Virus record (IMG/VR): IMGVR_UViG_3300044512_000064
Span: 1 to 29,686 of that record
Length of the DNA stretch: 29,686 nucleotides
DNA from: a virus
Taxonomy: Duplodnaviria; Caudoviricetes
Reading direction: 5' to 3' (one strand)
In this document: positions 26,420 through 29,686 of the stretch, one piece after another
Layout: every line of letters starts with the position of its first letter
How positions within the stretch are numbered: position 1 is the first letter of the stretch
Translations under genes and position numbers: made by a program
The notes under the pieces: model-generated
Seen by the model: only the letters and a program-made list of their open reading frames with translations
Databases searched by the model: none
What the model was told of the DNA's origin: nothing

Positions 26420-26561
26420 TGTACTTGCCTCCACGCTTCTTGTACTCTTTGGTTAACCACGCTGATGCATATGCGCTGGGCCACACATCAAACTTCTTTT
26501 TAGCTTCTGCCTTTACTTTAGAGTACAACTTTTTGTTTGTTGGGGTGGGTGATTTAGACAT
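26391..26561 (-). CDS. DUF5872-like protein, N-terminal-half type, 56 aa (not in ORF track)
   Basis: MSKSPTPTNKKLYSKVKAEAKKKFDVWPSAYASAWLTKEYKKRGGKYSGTTKNKVT. TAATG-coupled to the upstream gene. Confidence 0.8.
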   Translation of the reverse strand: MSKSPTPTNKKLYSKVKAEAKKKFDVWPSAYASAWLTKEYKKRGGKYSGTTKNKVT

Positions 26562-26749
26562 TATGCACTACTCCCTTCAACCTTATGACAGTGCGGCGTA
26601 GCATATGCACCGCCTGCTCTTATATTAGTAGCTATTTGTTCTGCTTCTTCTAAACAAGCTTGCTCAGTATAGAAAGGTTCTGGTTTTGCTATAATCTTAC
26701 ACGAGAGTGCCATAGGGTCAAAACAAACAAGTAGTATTCCTATCCACAT
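26561..26749 (-). CDS. Small four-cysteine protein with hydrophobic N-terminus
   Basis: MWIGILLVC...C...F.TEQAC...C. Packed in the operon. Confidence 0.7.
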   Translation of the reverse strand: MWIGILLVCFDPMALSCKIIAKPEPFYTEQACLEEAEQIATNIRAGGAYATPHCHKVEGSSA

Positions 26750-26752
26750 ATC

Positions 26753-27037
26753 TTACCAAGCCTTACAAGACCAGTAACGTGCAGTAAACTTATCCGTTGC
26801 TGTATCACAATTATGTCTAGCTCTGAAGCTAGCTCTACGCCCTGGTTGATCTTTCTTGATAGACATATTAGGATCACCGAAGCGTACAATCTTTACTTGG
26901 TCACCCTTTTTAGCTAAGACAGCTGACTTTTTAGCTTCACCAGGAGTCTTCTTAGGTTTGTTGTAACCTGGGAAAGTCTCACCACGATACTTGAGCTTTC
27001 CGCTAGGTAAACGTTCTACGTCTTTAGTTGTAGCCAT
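26753..27037 (-). CDS. DUF6321-like small basic protein
   Basis: VKIVRFGDPNMSIKK..PGRRASFRARHNC...TARYWSCKAW. Confidence 0.75.
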   Translation of the reverse strand: MATTKDVERLPSGKLKYRGETFPGYNKPKKTPGEAKKSAVLAKKGDQVKIVRFGDPNMSIKKDQPGRRASFRARHNCDTATDKFTARYWSCKAW

Positions 27038-27404
27038 CCATCCGATCTTTCAGTGTTTTACGTCTAAAGGGAGCACTAACTAAGTCATATAGTGCTCTGC
27101 CTATTTGAGTTGGGGTAGGAAGCACCCACCCTAAGAGTAACACAAGTAATACCCAAGGTGGTATATTCGTGTTGTTAATCTTTAATGTATCTACTGGTCC
27201 AGCTTCTACTTCTTTGAGAACCTCTGTAGTTATGATGTCACGCCCAGCGCTTGTAGTTTCTTCTTCTTCATATGTGACTACAGCCTGCTTGTTTTCTTTG
27301 CCTATTTGTGTGTTAGCAGCTACATTAGTTCCACCGCCTGTAGGTAACAATGAAGTTAAACCACAGCTAGATAACAGTAAAGCTAACACTAACCAACGCA
27401 TCAA
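27024..27404 (-). CDS. Unimolecular spanin (u-spanin)
   Basis: N-terminal lipobox LLSSC, beta-rich periplasmic part and C-terminal TM (PPWVLLVLLLGWVLP). This is the T1 gp11-type topology, directly after the endolysin. Confidence 0.8.
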   Translation of the reverse strand: MMRWLVLALLLSSCGLTSLLPTGGGTNVAANTQIGKENKQAVVTYEEEETTSAGRDIITTEVLKEVEAGPVDTLKINNTNIPPWVLLVLLLGWVLPTPTQIGRALYDLVSAPFRRKTLKDRMDGYN

Positions 27405-27874
27405 CCCATCATCAATTCAAAGTGTGGGGCATCTATGAAGGGTCTACGACCTTGTGATCTACGTAGGTCAATGTATGCATTCATTGCATCTTCAGCTGTA
27501 TCATCGTAGTAACGGATGTCACCCTCTGACCAAGCTGCACCCCATTTGATAGGCACCTCTAGTTCCTCTGCTGCTTGAGCCATAGCGTCACAGATATTGT
27601 CATAGACATTAAGTTCCCACGACACGTTAGAACCAAAATACGCTACGAGGTCTACAGCGTGGCTATAACCGTCACCCTGGATCAAGTGCTTACTTTTCAT
27701 AGTTTGTGACCTACCAGAGTTATACAACTCTTGTTGTTCAGCTAAAGTTCTGACTCCATAAGTCACACCGAAGTCTACATCAGTCAGTTCAATAGCTCGT
27801 TTAACTACAGCTACCATATCTGGATGTACACCATCTAGTTTATCTAACGAGCGCTGGGAGAGTTTAAAAGCCAT
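27401..27874 (-). CDS. Endolysin, peptidase M15 family (L-Ala-D-Glu peptidase type)
   Basis: Start reassigned to ATG 27874 (MAFKLSQRS). LDGVHPD, GVRT...Q, SKH...HAVD and DAPHFEL Zn-binding motifs. Confidence 0.9.
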   Translation of the reverse strand: MAFKLSQRSLDKLDGVHPDMVAVVKRAIELTDVDFGVTYGVRTLAEQQELYNSGRSQTMKSKHLIQGDGYSHAVDLVAYFGSNVSWELNVYDNICDAMAQAAEELEVPIKWGAAWSEGDIRYYDDTAEDAMNAYIDLRRSQGRRPFIDAPHFELMMG

Positions 27875-27875
27875 A

Positions 27876-28211
27876 TTAACGCATATCCTTAGTTGACATT
27901 GCCATCTTACTACCCATAGGCTTACCAGCCATATAAGCTGTAGCACCCATATATGCAGCTACAATACCAGTCTGTGCTATATAGAACAAACCAAATAGAT
28001 CAGCTAATGCATTAACACGAGAGTCACTGATCAAGCCATCATAAAATAGTACAGCTGTAAAGCCTATCATCATAAGCATAGCTACCCAAGCCATCTTCTT
28101 CTGAGACTCAGCTTTCTCTTCACGTAGCTCTATCTCAAGCATACGCTCCTTCATCGCTACTTCTTCTAGTGTGACCTTACCGTCACCATCAATGTCAAAA
28201 TCTACTACCAT
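27876..28211 (-). CDS. Putative holin, two TM helices, N-terminal EF-hand-like loop
   Basis: Start reassigned to ATG 28211. DIDGDGKVTLEE, then two hydrophobic segments. Immediately upstream of the endolysin. Confidence 0.7.
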   Translation of the reverse strand: MVVDFDIDGDGKVTLEEVAMKERMLEIELREEKAESQKKMAWVAMLMMIGFTAVLFYDGLISDSRVNALADLFGLFYIAQTGIVAAYMGATAYMAGKPMGSKMAMSTKDMR

Positions 28212-28324
28212 ACTAAATGATATACCTCGTGAGCTACAGCCAGAGCTACAATACAAAGGATGACTGTCTTAGGGTTATTCTTAGCACAAGTCCAATATTG
28301 TTTTACTTTATCAAGTATCTGCAT
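28205..28324 (-). CDS. 39-aa single-TM protein (not in ORF track)
   Basis: MQILDKVKQYWTCAKNNPKTVILCIVALAVAHEVYHLVW. Overlaps both neighbours and fills the gap exactly. Confidence 0.65.
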   Translation of the reverse strand: MQILDKVKQYWTCAKNNPKTVILCIVALAVAHEVYHLVW

Positions 28325-28571
28325 AGTGTCTCTTTCTATCTGGGTCTAACACTTCGTTACGATGTAAGTGTCCCTCTAAGTACATAGCTCTCTCTACGTG
28401 ATCCAATGTGTACCACACACCTGTGTTTTGATATATAGCTTGACGTACATAGAAAACGTCTGACTTAGGTATGTGTACTTTCTGTAAGCTACGAGTGTCA
28501 TTAGAGGCTAATGCATCGTAAAATTCTTCGATTACACTATCTGTTGCATATAGTTTTACGTCTTTTTTCAT
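28311..28571 (-). CDS. Hypothetical protein, first gene of the late arm
   Basis: Start reassigned to ATG 28571 (MKKDVKLYATDSVIEEFY). The listed TTG is part of a -35 box. Confidence 0.7.
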   Translation of the reverse strand: MKKDVKLYATDSVIEEFYDALASNDTRSLQKVHIPKSDVFYVRQAIYQNTGVWYTLDHVERAMYLEGHLHRNEVLDPDRKRHYADT

Positions 28572-28580
28572 AGTTGTCAA
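28549..28580 (-). promoter_or_regulatory. Promoter TTGACA-N16-TAAAACTATA overlapping the start of the first late gene
   Basis: Same boxes and spacing as the capsid promoter. Confidence 0.6.
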
Positions 28581-28631
28581 GCATTAATTACTACAAATAT
28601 GGGAATACTTCCCCTATAGTATAACTATAAG

Positions 28632-28872
28632 AGTTTAAACTTCCATAGATTGCTTTGTGGGAATGTTAGGTTAGTTAAACATTATGTAGCGTTTAACTAT
28701 TGAGTTAGGAGGAGACTAAGAGGGAGTTTAACTCTACTCTAGTTTAACTAACCTTAAGTATAACTATATCATAGTTTAATATTAGTGTCAAGCTATTTCT
28801 TTAGTTAAACTATAGTAGTTATACTATATATAAGTTTAAACTCTTCCTATGTCCAAACTTTATAGTTTAACT
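28632..28872. repeat. Array of about nine AGTT(W/TA)AACT palindromic sites
   Basis: Copies start near 28632, 28673, 28690, 28725, 28741, 28773, 28803, 28833 and 28864. Confidence 0.8.
28763..28791 (-). promoter_or_regulatory. Sigma70-type promoter TTGACA-N17-TATAGT
   Basis: Near-consensus boxes pointing into the late arm. Confidence 0.7.
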
Positions 28873-28890
28873 AAGCCCCCTTACCCCCGT

Positions 28891-28920
28891 AGTTATGCAT
28901 AAAATGTGGGTACTTGTCAA
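28891..28920 (-). promoter_or_regulatory. Sigma70-type promoter TTGACA-N17-CATAACT
   Basis: Perfect -35. Shares AATAGCTTGACA with the promoter at 28763-28791. Confidence 0.55.
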
Positions 28921-29425
28921 GCTATTCTTTTGTAGTTGTAACAAAAAGTGATCTATTGTAACACATTGTGATATTACTTACTAGAAATACAAGGGAATGT
29001 GTGGGATTATATGGGAAAACAAGGGAATAGTGTAACTGTTATAATGTAACACCCTTTTGAAAAACCACTTCTGTTGCAGAGTACATATATACGTAACGGT
29101 ATAGGGGGGTGTGGCCCCTGCCCGCCCGTGTTTAACGTGTGCGTGGCGTATGCGAGGCGCGAGATGGGGTGCTAAGTTGTTGAAAATAAAGGGTTTTTAT
29201 AGTGATATAACTTCACGGATTCGCTAAAATAGCGACTCACACAGGCATATGCGACATACGCGCACAGCGTAGCGATTTATGCACATTATCCCCCTATCCC
29301 CCCTTGCACGTTGCACACAGCACACCCCCCAGCGTTTGCGCATCATACGCATCACCCCAGCGCATCACATCACGCTAGGCGCACACAGCCGCACATCACG
29401 TTGCACATATGCGCATCACGCGAGG

Positions 29426-29478
29426 CAATGTTGCTGATTCGTTCCACCCTGCCGATGTCCAATGTTGCTGATTCGTTC
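29426..29478 (+). repeat. 19-bp direct repeat CAATGTTGCTGATTCGTTC x2
   Basis: Exact copies at 29426-29444 and 29460-29478. Confidence 0.9.
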
Positions 29479-29541
29479 TCATCAAAAAAAGCTATTTTCG
29501 GACCGTCCGAAGATAAATACCCTAAAGGGTAAAAAAAGGGT

Positions 29542-29570
29542 TTGACAAAAAACGAATCACCTGCCAAGTT
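29542..29570 (+). promoter_or_regulatory. Divergent (probably early) promoter TTGACA-N17-CAAGTT with GANTC in the spacer
   Basis: Perfect -35 preceded by an A-tract, weak -10 with an upstream TG, 52 nt before an RBS-linked ATG. Confidence 0.55.
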
Positions 29571-29622
29571 AAATGCATCGAAACGGCGACAATCGCCCAA
29601 CAGCAAAAAAGGAAAATTCGAT

Positions 29623-29686
29623 ATGACAAACGCAAAAACAAAAAACACAGTCGTAGCAAAAGCACACGTTGACACAGCGGTAACAT
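29623..29686 (+). CDS. First gene of the divergent (early) arm, partial
   Basis: AAGGA RBS, then ATG 29623. MTNAKTKNTVVAKAHVDTAVT... is open to the window end. Confidence 0.6.
   Translation, partial: MTNAKTKNTVVAKAHVDTAVT

Noticed and set aside
27874-28256. Longer N-termini given by the ORF track for endolysin (27946) and holin (28256)
   Set aside because: They overlap neighbouring genes in other frames. Downstream ATGs give coupled, family-typical starts, so no SAR/signal extension is claimed.
1-28571. Stop-codon reassignment, introns or inteins
   Set aside because: Genes are intact and tightly packed under the standard code. TerL, portal and capsid lengths leave no evident room for insertions.
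28632-28872. Possible CRISPR mini-array or CtrA boxes
   Set aside because: Repeats are only 9-10 bp with irregular spacing. TTAA pairs I checked are spaced 6 or 12 nt, not the TTAA-N7-TTAA of CtrA.
29311-29675. ORFs 29311-29532 (+) and 29370-29675 (-)
   Set aside because: The His-rich translation arises from CA-rich DNA. The minus ORF is antisense to the promoter and RBS-supported early gene.

Overview
The whole window is phage DNA. It holds the late (morphogenesis and lysis) arm of a podovirus-like dsDNA phage, encoded almost entirely on the minus strand. Gene order read right to left is: lysis cassette (small TM protein, holin, M15-type endolysin, unimolecular spanin), a block of small basic proteins (DUF6321-like and DUF5872-like), a DUF1127 gene with its own promoter, terminase small/HTH/large subunits, portal, a mosaic 593-aa protein, a putative head-processing protein, scaffold, P22-gp5-like major capsid protein, adaptor, nozzle, a repeat-rich tail fibre, a glycine-rich protein, a DUF6127-like protein and internal/ejection proteins. 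A ~1 kb non-coding control or terminus region (28.58-29.62 kb) separates this arm from a divergent plus-strand, probably early, gene. DUF1127, DUF6127 and TGATTCG sites point to a marine alphaproteobacterial (roseobacter-like) host. Resemblance to HMO-2011-type roseophages is my inference, not a search result. The most interesting signals are: (1) a recurring Phi-x-x-G-G peptide motif in five different late proteins, together with a candidate processing domain encoded at the prohead-protease position; (2) a structured RNA leader in which the same RCUAC/CC internal loop occurs three times ahead of the scaffold and capsid genes; (3) a holin with an EF-hand loop; (4) a densely patterned terminus region. 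Family names come from motif recognition by eye; no database search was run.
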